Made by a program: the position numbers and the translations under genes | NCBI GenBank assembly: GCA_947588755.1 | Contig: CANPZB010000002.1 | Location: 7,954-71,953, forward strand | Source of the DNA: Candidatus Gastranaerophilales bacterium | Lineage (GTDB): Bacteria; Cyanobacteriota; Vampirovibrionia; Gastranaerophilales; Gastranaerophilaceae | Reading direction: 5' to 3' | Length of the DNA: 64,000 nucleotides | Part shown: piece after piece, positions 36,571 to 45,796 of the stretch | Layout: each line of letters opens with the position of its first letter | Position numbering within the stretch: position 1 is the stretch's first letter | Notes under the pieces: generated by a model | Seen by the model: only the letters and a program-made list of their open reading frames with translations | What the model was told of the DNA's origin: nothing | Database searches by the model: none

Positions 36571-37477
36571 TGTCGTATTTTTCGGAACTCCCGCTATTGC
36601 TTTAAAATCTTTGGAATATCTTTATAATTCGGATAAATTTAATGTGAAAGCCGTCGTTACTCAACCCGACAAACCCGCAGGACGCGGTCATAAATTGACA
36701 ATGCCCCCGATTAAACAGTTCGCTCTGGCTAACGATATTCCTGTTTTCCAGCCGTTTTCACTTAGAAAACAGCCGGAAATTATTGATGAATTGAAAAAAT
36801 TGAAACCTGATTTTTTTGTTACTTTTGCTTTCGGACAAATTTTGTCGCAGGAAGTTCTTGATATTCCCAAATACTCGACAATTAATCTGCATGCTTCTCT
36901 GCTTCCTAAATACAGAGGTGCAAACCCCATTCAGCGTGCAATTATTAACGGCGATAAAGAAACAGGTATTTGCACTATGGTAACGGAACTCGGTTTGGAC
37001 TGCGGTGATATTTGCCTTGTCGAAAAAATTAACATTGATGATGATATGAATTGCGTTGATTTGTTTGAGATTATTGCCGACAAATCCCCCGAACTGCTTG
37101 AAAAAACTTTAACAGGGATAAAAGAAAATTCAATTATCCCCGTTCGTCAGTGCGAGGACGATGTTTGTATCGCTTCAAAACTTTCAAAAGAAGAAACTTT
37201 AATTGACTGGAAAAAGTCTGCCGCGGAAATACATAATCTTGTCCGCGGAATATATAAATTTCCTTGTGCATACTTTGTTCATAACGGTAAAATTATTAAG
37301 GTATTAAAAACAAAAGTTTTGCACAAAAAAGGAAATTGCGGTGAATTTATGTGTGTATCGAAAGACGGCATTGAAGTCGGATGCGGTCAAGACTGTATTT
37401 TACTTGTTACGGTCAAGCCCGAAGGTAAAGGCGAGATGCCAGCAAAAGACTGGTATAACGGATTAAAAAACAGGTGA
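36563..37477 (+). CDS. fmt: methionyl-tRNA formyltransferase
   Basis: Overlaps the def stop. VVTQPDKPAGRG, NLHASLLPKYRGANPIQRAI, and the C-terminal Fmt domain. Confidence 0.9.
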   Translation: MIDVVFFGTPAIALKSLEYLYNSDKFNVKAVVTQPDKPAGRGHKLTMPPIKQFALANDIPVFQPFSLRKQPEIIDELKKLKPDFFVTFAFGQILSQEVLDIPKYSTINLHASLLPKYRGANPIQRAIINGDKETGICTMVTELGLDCGDICLVEKINIDDDMNCVDLFEIIADKSPELLEKTLTGIKENSIIPVRQCEDDVCIASKLSKEETLIDWKKSAAEIHNLVRGIYKFPCAYFVHNGKIIKVLKTKVLHKKGNCGEFMCVSKDGIEVGCGQDCILLVTVKPEGKGEMPAKDWYNGLKNR

Positions 37478-37481
37478 TTTT

Positions 37482-37832
37482 ATGATTACAAAAGGTATAC
37501 GCGGTGCAATTACCATTGAAAACAACACGGCTGATGATATAAGAAACGCTGTTTTACAACTGCTTTCACAGATGTTTAAAGCCAATAATATTAATCCCGA
37601 TTTGATTTCGCATATAATTTTTACGTTAACAAACGACTTGAATGCCGCATTTCCTGCCAAATTTGCCCGTGTGGATATGAACTTAAAAGACACGGCAATG
37701 ATGTGCTATTCAGAACTTGATGTGCCTCATGCATTGAAAAAATGCTTGAGAATTCTTATTGTGTACAACTGTGATAAGGATTTCAAGCCTGAATTTGTTT
37801 ATTTAAAAGGTGCAGCAGATTTAAGAAAATAA
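37482..37832 (+). CDS. aroH: chorismate mutase, AroH class
   Basis: IRGAITIENNTADDI.. N-terminal signature of AroH-type monofunctional mutases. 116 aa. Confidence 0.8.
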   Translation: MITKGIRGAITIENNTADDIRNAVLQLLSQMFKANNINPDLISHIIFTLTNDLNAAFPAKFARVDMNLKDTAMMCYSELDVPHALKKCLRILIVYNCDKDFKPEFVYLKGAADLRK

Positions 37833-37833
37833 A

Positions 37834-40203
37834 TTAGTCTTCCGGTGTTAATTGTGACATCGCAGGATCTAATAATCTTCTTCCTATGGTTGTATTTTGA
37901 AAACTGATTGAATAGAGTGTTTTGTTACCGTATTTAATATGTTTTTCTATCACACCTTTTCCGTATCTCGGATGAATAACGGTTTGACCCGGTTCAAGTA
38001 ATTCCGTTTCACCTTGCTCCGTATCTTCTGAAAAATATTCGGGCAAAGGCTCATCGGATTTGCCGTTTTCTTCATCAATGTCATCCTGACCGTTTTGCAG
38101 AAATTCTTCCGTTATGGAATCTTTATTGTTTTCCTTTTCAATTATTGCATTTGCGGCTTCAAGAAGAACATCCGTTGAAACCGATTCTGAATTTACATCT
38201 TCGTTTAAATCGTCAATGTAATCCAAATCCGCTTCGGTAAGTTCATCTTGGACTATATCAATATCAGGAAGTTCTTCCTCTATATTTAATTCATCATCAA
38301 TATCTTCAATTATGGTCTGTTCTGCCGGACTTTGTTCAGTTTCTTCATTTGCAGACGTTACATCAGGAATTTCGTTATCAAGCGGAAGTTCTTTTTCGCC
38401 GTTATCAACTGCCGTTTCAACAAGCGGCTCTGTTTCGACAATTGGCTCAGGTTCTATGGCAGGTTCTTCCGCAGGGATTTCCGATGTACTTTCAGGAACA
38501 TTTATTAAAGGTTCTTCGTAAGTTTCAGCAACAGATTTATCATTATCATCTAAATCACCGGTTAAGTTTTCATCAGGAGAAGTTTTTTTTTCTTCAATGT
38601 TTTCTTCAACCGATTTTTCCGTTGTTTCAATATTTTCAGCAGTAGCCGTTTCCGATTTAATTTGAGGCTGTTCGGGTATTTCCGCCGTTTGAATATTTTC
38701 AACAACGGGGGTTGGTTCAATTGTGTCCGAATTTATTTCTAAAAGAGGTTCTTCCGATAACTCCAAAACAGGCTCCCGCAAAATTAATTCAGGTTCCTGA
38801 ATTTCTTCCTTTACCGTAATATTTTCTTTTATCGGACTATTTTCCATTTGTGTATCAGATGTTTCGGCTTCGTGAGGAGTTTTTATTTCTTGTGCCGGTT
38901 TGATTTCTTCGGCAGGTATTGTTTTCGCAACCTCTTTTGGTTCTTGATTTTCCGATGGTGCTTGTGCTGTTTCATCAGGAATATTTTCTGTTTCGTTGTC
39001 AAAACCGAGTTTGTGTAATTCGACAATTAAAGGAATATTCTGTGTAAGTCCGCCGTAAATAATAAATTCATCGGGGTTCAGTTTGTTTAAAAATGTATTA
39101 TATGCCGCAAAATCATGCTGCATTGTAAGTGGTGCAAAGAATATTATATTTTCCGCATTTTCCTTTATCTCTGCAATATATTTATAATTATGACCGCAAA
39201 TTATGCTTGACATAACATTTTTACCGCCAAAAAGCAGTTTTTTGAGCAGTACTTTTGTAATTACGTTATTTTCTGCTTTTACAAACGAATATATGACAGA
39301 TTTTATCCTGGACATAACATCATACGCATAAGATATTATTTCATTTTGAAGATTTACATCATAGTCGGAAATGTCAATAACGGTAATGCATTCTTTTTCT
39401 ATCGCTATTGAAAGATTAAGAATATCTTTTAAATCCTGTGCGAAAACTTTTTCATCTCTGTATTTTAACAATTTATTTTTTAAAAGAAGCAGTTCACTGA
39501 TACCGGTTTGTTTGTATTGTTCATCAATAACCGAAAAGAAAGTGTCAAAAGGTATAAATCCTTCAGGCAAAGTTTTTGTATATTCCTGTAATTCAAGAAG
39601 AATTTCCTGAATAAGTGCTTTTGCGGATGTATCAATGTCATTCAGTTCATTTTCATAAATGTAATTTATGGTATCATAATTCAGCGGTAGTTTGAAATTT
39701 TTGCCGAATTTAATTTTATTTGTCCAGTCAAATTCGCCGTTTGTATCAAAAATAACACAGGTCTGCTGCATTTTTTCCATTTGTTTAAGAATGTTATCCA
39801 GCAATATATTTGTGTTTTCCGTTTTATTTGAACAAATTAAAAGATTATTTTCAAATATTGTTTTATCGACATATAAATTATAATTTTCATGCATAAGTTT
39901 ACCGACCGTAACAGGAGTTTCGACAGGTAAAATCTCAAGCAGTTCTTTTGCGGGGAGTTTTGAAACGTAAGCCTTAATTGAGGGAATAGTACCGTCATAA
40001 CTTTTTAAAATACCTTCGTTATTAAAAGTGAAAAGTAATTTTACTATGGCAAAATTCGATGAAATATCAGCTTTTGTATTTATAATCTGACCGACATAAG
40101 GAGTATTTTCATCTTCTATAACTACAAATCCGGACATAGCAAGATTATCTTTTACATCGTAAGCTATCTTAACTAAATTATTTTTAATTTCCAGTACTTT
40201 CAT
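37834..40203 (-). CDS. HerA/DUF87-like protein with degenerate P-loop, long acidic disordered linker and PcrA/UvrD-type Tudor C-terminus
   Basis: The N-terminal 400 aa are collinear with HerA, including the HAS-barrel-like start. NLLICSNKTENTN sits where hhhG.TGSGKS is expected, followed by CVIFDTNGEF. About 340 aa are E/P/T/I-rich. C-terminal GQTVIHPRYGKGVIEK..ISFQN..RRLL. Confidence 0.55.
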   Translation of the reverse strand: MKVLEIKNNLVKIAYDVKDNLAMSGFVVIEDENTPYVGQIINTKADISSNFAIVKLLFTFNNEGILKSYDGTIPSIKAYVSKLPAKELLEILPVETPVTVGKLMHENYNLYVDKTIFENNLLICSNKTENTNILLDNILKQMEKMQQTCVIFDTNGEFDWTNKIKFGKNFKLPLNYDTINYIYENELNDIDTSAKALIQEILLELQEYTKTLPEGFIPFDTFFSVIDEQYKQTGISELLLLKNKLLKYRDEKVFAQDLKDILNLSIAIEKECITVIDISDYDVNLQNEIISYAYDVMSRIKSVIYSFVKAENNVITKVLLKKLLFGGKNVMSSIICGHNYKYIAEIKENAENIIFFAPLTMQHDFAAYNTFLNKLNPDEFIIYGGLTQNIPLIVELHKLGFDNETENIPDETAQAPSENQEPKEVAKTIPAEEIKPAQEIKTPHEAETSDTQMENSPIKENITVKEEIQEPELILREPVLELSEEPLLEINSDTIEPTPVVENIQTAEIPEQPQIKSETATAENIETTEKSVEENIEEKKTSPDENLTGDLDDNDKSVAETYEEPLINVPESTSEIPAEEPAIEPEPIVETEPLVETAVDNGEKELPLDNEIPDVTSANEETEQSPAEQTIIEDIDDELNIEEELPDIDIVQDELTEADLDYIDDLNEDVNSESVSTDVLLEAANAIIEKENNKDSITEEFLQNGQDDIDEENGKSDEPLPEYFSEDTEQGETELLEPGQTVIHPRYGKGVIEKHIKYGNKTLYSISFQNTTIGRRLLDPAMSQLTPED

Positions 40204-40273
40204 TTACAACTCCTCTTATTGTCATTATTTTAGCATGAAAATCTTTTATGCCGATTAATTTATTTTTAAATTG

Positions 40274-40873
40274 TTAATTAACTGCAACATTTACGGATTC
40301 TTGGAGACAATTATATATTTCGATCGTTACCGGACAAATTTTTAAATCACGCTTGACAAGACTTTTTATCGTTTCTTTGTATAACTTTAACAGAGCTTTA
40401 TTTATTCCGTTTTCTTCTTTGAGAATAGTTCTTATTTCGTCCGTGTATTTTTTATCCCTCGTAACAGGTTCTATCTTATCAGCTATAAATACTATTTTTT
40501 CAAGTGTACTCATATCTTTTTTCCCGAGGGTGTGCCATCTTATTGCAGACAAAATTTCCTTGTCGCATACTCCGTATTCTTTATGTGCAATATATGCACT
40601 GACAGGTGCATGCAGCGTCTTATAATTCATCATTTCGCTGTCATCAATTTCAAGATTATCTTTTATGATCTCCAGAAGCTTTTCTTTTGAAAAACATTTG
40701 GCACAGTCGTGCAATAATCCTGCAATATAAGCTTTTTCACAGTCAATGCCGTAAATTTTTGCCAGCTCTTTCGCACATTGTGCCGTTGCTACTGTGTGAG
40801 TGTATCTTTCTTCCGATAGTATTTTTTTTAAATCTTCCAATATTTCCTGACAATTTTTATTTGTATAATCCAT
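40274..40873 (-). CDS. yqeK: HD-domain bis(5'-nucleosyl)-tetraphosphatase YqeK
   Basis: RYTHTVATAQCAKELA..AGLLHDCAK HD signature. Overlaps the nadD 3' end as in the conserved nadD-yqeK operon. Confidence 0.85.
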   Translation of the reverse strand: MDYTNKNCQEILEDLKKILSEERYTHTVATAQCAKELAKIYGIDCEKAYIAGLLHDCAKCFSKEKLLEIIKDNLEIDDSEMMNYKTLHAPVSAYIAHKEYGVCDKEILSAIRWHTLGKKDMSTLEKIVFIADKIEPVTRDKKYTDEIRTILKEENGINKALLKLYKETIKSLVKRDLKICPVTIEIYNCLQESVNVAVN

Positions 40874-41444
40874 TTTCTTTTATGTAACCTCTTACTTTTT
40901 CGGGCAGTAAAGTTCTTGTATCAAGCCCTTTTTTAATATTTTCACGTATTCGGGTCGAAGATATGTCACAAAAATCCATATTTGCAAACGTAAATTGATA
41001 ACCCTTTTCTCTCAATTCTTCAAATTTGATGTCGTTAATTTTATTTTCTCTGACAAATACAATAAAATCAACTGAATTTTTTAACTTTTTGCTTTCATAC
41101 CAGCTTTCTATTTTTAAAAAAGCATCCGTACCTATTATAAAATTTATTTTGCCTTCTATCGGAAAAAGTTCCTGTAATTTTAATATCGTCAGATAAGTAT
41201 AAGACGGATTTTCTGATTTGTATTCAATGTCTGACACGTCAAATTTTGGATTATCAGCCGCAGCCAGCCTAACCATATTTAGCCGGTGAATGCTTAAATT
41301 ACCGTCATAATTCTTATGCGGCGGTTTATATGCCGGTATAAACAATATCTTATCAAATTCGAAATTGTCTGCGGCATATTTCGCCATTTTTAAATGAGCG
41401 TTATGTATCGGATTAAACGTACCCTGAAAAACACATAATTTCAT
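40857..41444 (-). CDS. nadD: nicotinate-nucleotide adenylyltransferase
   Basis: GTFNPIHNAHL (HxGH-type) motif and ISSTRIRE. ATG 41444 preferred. The track start 41459 is a TTG. Confidence 0.9.
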   Translation of the reverse strand: MKLCVFQGTFNPIHNAHLKMAKYAADNFEFDKILFIPAYKPPHKNYDGNLSIHRLNMVRLAAADNPKFDVSDIEYKSENPSYTYLTILKLQELFPIEGKINFIIGTDAFLKIESWYESKKLKNSVDFIVFVRENKINDIKFEELREKGYQFTFANMDFCDISSTRIRENIKKGLDTRTLLPEKVRGYIKENGLYK

Positions 41445-41557
41445 AAAAAAATTATACAATAAACCGTTTAATAATAAAAAAAACCTGACATCGGGAAGGA
41501 GCCAGGTGTAAAATTTGTAGGGGAAAAATTAATTGGAGTTATTTAAAAAAAATATTT

Positions 41558-41722
41558 TTATATTAAATGTAATGCTTGTCTGGAAGCCATTGCGATAAAA
41601 TTCATTTGAGCAAAAAGCATTTCGGAACGGTCTTCATAAGGTTGATTATTATTTACGGTTACTTGTTCTTCGTAAATCTCTTTCAATTTGTTATCAACTT
41701 TTTTTAAATTAGCTATTGCCAT
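41558..41722 (-). CDS. small hypothetical protein (54 aa, below track cutoff)
   Basis: Hand translation MAIANLKKVDNKLKEIYEEQVTVNNNQPYEDRSEMLFAQMNFIAMASRQALHLI. A purine-rich stretch lies upstream. A weak hairpin plus T8 follows (about 41487-41515). Divergent from the 734-aa gene. Confidence 0.35.
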   Translation of the reverse strand: MAIANLKKVDNKLKEIYEEQVTVNNNQPYEDRSEMLFAQMNFIAMASRQALHLI

Positions 41723-41887
41723 AACTTTTTACTCTCTCTTTCGTCATCTGTTGTATATATAAAGTATATAAAATTTTTCAAATTTCACTTTTTCTAAAAC
41801 TTGTTACATAACTTTACATTAATAGCAATAAGTCAATTTTGATACGAAAAATGTTTTTATAAATATATAGGGAAAATAGGGATAACT

Positions 41888-44092
41888 ATGTACGAAAATT
41901 CCGTCAATCAAAGATATCAGGTACCTTTGCAGGCAATTTATCCTGAACAGATACGTGAAGCAGTTAATGCTTCACAGCAGCAGGCTGCAATGCAAGGTAT
42001 TGATTCCGAGGCTTTGAAACAAAGAGTTGAAGATAATTATACGGTAAATCGTGTTTCGGATGTGGCATTCCCTAAAGAAACAAAAGAGTTACTGGCACAG
42101 TATGCACTTGCCGTTCCTATATGGTACGGCTTATCTCAGTCAATGGATGTTTTTGCCCGAAAATGCAGAGGAGAATATAAAGATACCATTCAGTACAGAA
42201 TTGGAAATCTGGGCGACAGAATGGTCGATAAGTTTAACGGTACTCGTTTGGGTAAATCAAGTGCGGTGAGCGGAATTAAAAACGGTGTTAAATCGTTAAG
42301 CGGTTGGCTTAATCGTAATATTGTACAAAAATCTGCCGTGTTGAGAGCGTTTACTTCAACACCTTCAACACCTTATCATAAGATGGTTGACTCGCAAGCA
42401 AAAAGTATGATTGGTTTTCTCGGAATGGACTACCCGCAGATTACCGAAAATTTTGTTAAGCCTTTGAAGTATGCGGAGGATTTAGATTGTTACGGGGCTG
42501 ACAAGAATTTTATTCAAAAGATAAAAAATCAACTGGCTAACGCACCTGATGCTTCCGCAAAAAAAATGATATTGGAACAGGCTGAATTTGAACTTGTTGC
42601 ACCTAAAGGCAATAAAGCTAAATTTGCATCTCTGCCCGAAGCTAAGCGTGCAGAAGCTTTAAGAAACCTTAAAGCACGTCGTTTCGGTTTTAATAATATA
42701 AAGCACATGGAAAAATTAATGAAGCATCCTCATGAAAATGTTGATGAATTAATAAAATGTTTTCAAAAAGCCGATAAAAATATGTATTCCAAAATTTGGG
42801 TGCATGATAACAGCCGTATTAACAAGGTTAAAGGTCACTTAATCGGCAGAAAAGTTTATGCTTCCGAATGCGCAAACAAATTTATCGGTTCACTGGGTAA
42901 GAAAAATACGTTTCATAAATCATGGATAGGTAAAATGATGCCTAAATTGAGTAACATTTTCCTTGAAGGTGCTACAAACAGGGTTGCCGGCGGAAAACTT
43001 GTTGCCGCTATGCAAGCATTTTTCCTTGCGGAATGTTTGATTAAAACTGCTCAGGCACAAGGCGTAAGTGAAAAAGTAAAAACTTTTGCGGAAAGATTTA
43101 CCGAACTTGTAGGATTTTTTATTGCAACACCTATAGCTATTCAACTTCTGCATAAAATGGGCGGTATTCAATATGCCGGTATTTCCGAAAGTTTTGTTAA
43201 GGAAGCACTTACTAAATTCAAAGGTAAAAAGTTGTCTGCCGAAGAATTAAATGCGGCTCAAAAAGTTATAAAAGATTTTCAGGAGGCTTGCAAAACCATG
43301 AAACCTCATGAAGCTTACGTAAAAGTTTTGAAAGAATTTAACAAAAGTGCTTTTGCAGCCGAATTTACAAAAGCACAACACAAAGGCGGTTTCAAGGCTT
43401 TAAAATTCTTAAGAAAAGGCGATACAAGAAATCCGATAACCAAATTGTTTAAAAAGGCGGCACGTGTAATAACGGTCGGACTTGAACAAATTGCACCTTA
43501 TCGTAAAAAAGGTATTACGGTATTTGAAGGCGGTTTCTTCAAACAATTAAAAACGGTTGCACTTGATTTATTTAAGCATCCTAAATATTGGCTTAAACAG
43601 GGGGCAGGTTATCCGATGAGATTTTTACTAGTAATGATGTCTATAATGCCGTTTATCAATAATTTAGGCGTAAAAGCCATACATAAAATTTTCGGACGTC
43701 CCGAACATTCGGTACTGGATAAAGAAGAAGATGAAAATGAAAAGAATAATCCTGCAAAGAATTTCCCCGCACAACCGATTGCAGGAATTCCGATAGAGGG
43801 AACAGTTTCACCCGAGACACTGAATAATTCCAATTATATTAAAAAATACATGAACGGCGAAGCGGTAAATTCTTCATCATCAGCACCTGTCAGAAGTTAT
43901 ATACCTTCACCGGAAAGAGTTAAACTCGATAATGATGAGCCTTTAAGAACTTATGTTCCCTCTCCGCAAGGTGCTTTGATTAATAATAACACGGATACTT
44001 CGGCTGCGGATGCCGCTTTAATGCGTGCGGACGCGGTTGAAAAAAACGTAATGGAAGTTTTGGGAATTGAAGGTAAATCATCCTTATTTTAA
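41888..44092 (+). CDS. large hypothetical membrane-associated protein
   Basis: 734-aa ORF with a GGGA RBS. K-rich helical regions. Hydrophobic segments (LVAAMQAFFLAECLI, LVGFFIATPIAIQLL, MRFLLVMMSIMPFI). P/S/N-rich C-terminal tail. Confidence 0.65.
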   Translation: MYENSVNQRYQVPLQAIYPEQIREAVNASQQQAAMQGIDSEALKQRVEDNYTVNRVSDVAFPKETKELLAQYALAVPIWYGLSQSMDVFARKCRGEYKDTIQYRIGNLGDRMVDKFNGTRLGKSSAVSGIKNGVKSLSGWLNRNIVQKSAVLRAFTSTPSTPYHKMVDSQAKSMIGFLGMDYPQITENFVKPLKYAEDLDCYGADKNFIQKIKNQLANAPDASAKKMILEQAEFELVAPKGNKAKFASLPEAKRAEALRNLKARRFGFNNIKHMEKLMKHPHENVDELIKCFQKADKNMYSKIWVHDNSRINKVKGHLIGRKVYASECANKFIGSLGKKNTFHKSWIGKMMPKLSNIFLEGATNRVAGGKLVAAMQAFFLAECLIKTAQAQGVSEKVKTFAERFTELVGFFIATPIAIQLLHKMGGIQYAGISESFVKEALTKFKGKKLSAEELNAAQKVIKDFQEACKTMKPHEAYVKVLKEFNKSAFAAEFTKAQHKGGFKALKFLRKGDTRNPITKLFKKAARVITVGLEQIAPYRKKGITVFEGGFFKQLKTVALDLFKHPKYWLKQGAGYPMRFLLVMMSIMPFINNLGVKAIHKIFGRPEHSVLDKEEDENEKNNPAKNFPAQPIAGIPIEGTVSPETLNNSNYIKKYMNGEAVNSSSSAPVRSYIPSPERVKLDNDEPLRTYVPSPQGALINNNTDTSAADAALMRADAVEKNVMEVLGIEGKSSLF

Positions 44093-44119
44093 TATAACTA
44101 AATAATACTTGTGTATATG

Positions 44120-44147
44120 TTGACCTTTAAGCAAAATATGTTATATT
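44120..44147 (+). promoter_or_regulatory. sigma-70-type promoter candidate for the hydG leader
   Basis: TTGACC (44120-44125), a 16-nt spacer, then TATATT (44142-44147). This places the transcription start just before the 5' strand of the leader closing helix. Confidence 0.45.
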
Positions 44148-44153
44148 AGTATT

Positions 44154-44324
44154 ACTCTGTGCGGATGTTAATTTTGTTCCTACATCTATTATAAAGGGAG
44201 AATTGACTCTGTCAGGATATGAAGTATACCCGCCGATATATTATCGCCAGCGGGAAACGGATTTTCCGGGGCGTTCACCCACCTGCGAGAACAAGCAGGT
44301 AACAAAATCATATTCGTACAGAGT
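44154..44324 (+). promoter_or_regulatory. candidate structured cis-regulatory leader RNA (riboswitch-like, class unknown)
   Basis: The closing helix pairs ACTCTGTGCG (44154-44163) with CGTACAGAGT (44315-44324). Internal hairpins are GATGT/ACATC, CCCGC[CGATA-TAT-TATCG]CCAGCGGG, CGGA-TTT-TCCG and ACCTGC-GAGAACAA-GCAGGT. It is locally GC-rich in an AT-rich genome. Confidence 0.45.
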
Positions 44325-44377
44325 TCTTTACTTTTAGATTTTATGATTTATCATAGTATTGGAACGGGGAAATTATC

Positions 44378-45796
44378 ATGTATAATCCGAAATCTGATAA
44401 TGCAGATGAATTTATTTGTCATGAAGAAGTTTTAGATACGCTGGCATTTGCGGATAAAAATAAGAACAATAAAGAATTAATTAATTCCGTTTTGGCTAAA
44501 GCGGAAAAAGGTAAGGGACTTACTCACAGAGAAGCTTCCGTGCTTTTGGCATGTGATGACGAAAATTTGAACGAAAAAATATTTGCTCTTGCTCAAAAAA
44601 TCAAACAAGACTATTACGGTAATCGTATTGTGCTTTTTGCACCGTTATATTTGTCAAATTACTGCGTAAACGGTTGTGTATATTGTCCTTACCATGCAAA
44701 AAACAAAACCATTCCGCGTAAAAAACTTACACAGGAAGAAATTAAGAATGAAGTTATTGCATTGCAGGATATGGGGCATAAAAGAATTGCAATAGAAGCA
44801 GGTGAGGACCCGATTAACAACCCTATAGAATATATACTTGACTCGATTGAAACCATTTACGGCGTTAAACATAAAAACGGTTCGATAAGACGTGTAAATG
44901 TCAATATTGCCGCAACGACAACGGAAAATTATAAAAAATTACATGATGCGGGTATCGGGACATACATTTTATTTCAGGAAACTTACAACAAAGAAAGTTA
45001 CGAACAACTTCACCCGTCAGGCCCGAAACATAATTACAGATATCATACCGAAGCTATGGACAGAGCTATGAAAGCAGGAATAGACGATGTCGGGCTTGGT
45101 GTTTTATATGGTTTGGAGTCTTATCGCTATGAATTTGCAGCTTTGTTAATGCATGCCGAACATCTGGAAGCCGTTTTCGGGGTAGGTCCGCACACAATTT
45201 CATTGCCAAGAATTAAAAAAGCGGACGACATAAATCCTGATGATTTTGATAACGGAATTGATGATGACATATTTGCCAAAATAGCTGCTTGTATCAGAAT
45301 AGCCGTTCCTTATACCGGCATGATAATTTCAACAAGAGAAACTGCCGAATGCAGGGAAAGAATATTAAAACTGGGGGTATCTCAGATTTCAGGCGGTTCT
45401 AAAACAAGTGTCGGCGGTTACTTTAAACCGATGCCGGAAGATGAAAATTCTTCGCAATTTGATGTTTCAGACCGGAGAACACTCGATGAAGTTATAAAAT
45501 GGTTAATGGAATGCGGATATCTGCCGAGTTTTTGTACCGCATGCTACGGAAGCGGAAGAACAGGAGACAGATTTATGGAAATATGTAAAAATAAACAAAT
45601 TCACAATTTCTGTCATCCGAACGCAATTATGACTTTGAAAGAATATCTTGAAGATTATGCTTCCGAGGACACTAAAGCTATTGGTTACAGACTTATTGAA
45701 AACGAATTAAAGACTCTGAATAATACTAAAATTAAAGAGGAAGTCGGCAAAAATTTGGTCAAAATCGCAAACGGTGAAAGGGATTTTAAGTTTTAA
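44378..45796 (+). CDS. hydG: [FeFe]-hydrogenase H-cluster radical SAM maturase HydG
   Basis: YGNRIVLFAPLYLSNYCVNGCVYCPY radical SAM block. C-terminal auxiliary-cluster region SFCTACYGSGRTGDRFMEICK..FCHPNA separates HydG from ThiH. Confidence 0.85.
   Translation: MYNPKSDNADEFICHEEVLDTLAFADKNKNNKELINSVLAKAEKGKGLTHREASVLLACDDENLNEKIFALAQKIKQDYYGNRIVLFAPLYLSNYCVNGCVYCPYHAKNKTIPRKKLTQEEIKNEVIALQDMGHKRIAIEAGEDPINNPIEYILDSIETIYGVKHKNGSIRRVNVNIAATTTENYKKLHDAGIGTYILFQETYNKESYEQLHPSGPKHNYRYHTEAMDRAMKAGIDDVGLGVLYGLESYRYEFAALLMHAEHLEAVFGVGPHTISLPRIKKADDINPDDFDNGIDDDIFAKIAACIRIAVPYTGMIISTRETAECRERILKLGVSQISGGSKTSVGGYFKPMPEDENSSQFDVSDRRTLDEVIKWLMECGYLPSFCTACYGSGRTGDRFMEICKNKQIHNFCHPNAIMTLKEYLEDYASEDTKAIGYRLIENELKTLNNTKIKEEVGKNLVKIANGERDFKF

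Noticed and set aside
41480-41515. SRP (4.5S) RNA-like hairpin CCTGACATCGGGAAGGAGCCAGG with a GGAA loop
   Set aside because: The conserved domain IV strands (GGUCC..GGAAGCAGC) are not matched and there is no long closing helix. On the minus strand it reads as a weak stem plus T8, better explained as a terminator for the 54-aa ORF.
44154-44324. Assignment of the hydG leader to the cobalamin, TPP or SAM-I riboswitch classes, or to a 27-codon uORF (44219-44302, MKYTRRYIIASGKRIFRGVHPPARTSR)
   Set aside because: There is no B12 box (GCCACTG), no TPP CTGAGA/ACCTGATCTGGATAATGCCAGCG core, and no SAM-I GAGGGA..GCAACC pattern. The uORF has AGGA only 2 nt from its ATG and is built from CGN/GGG codons atypical for this genome, so RNA structure is the better explanation.
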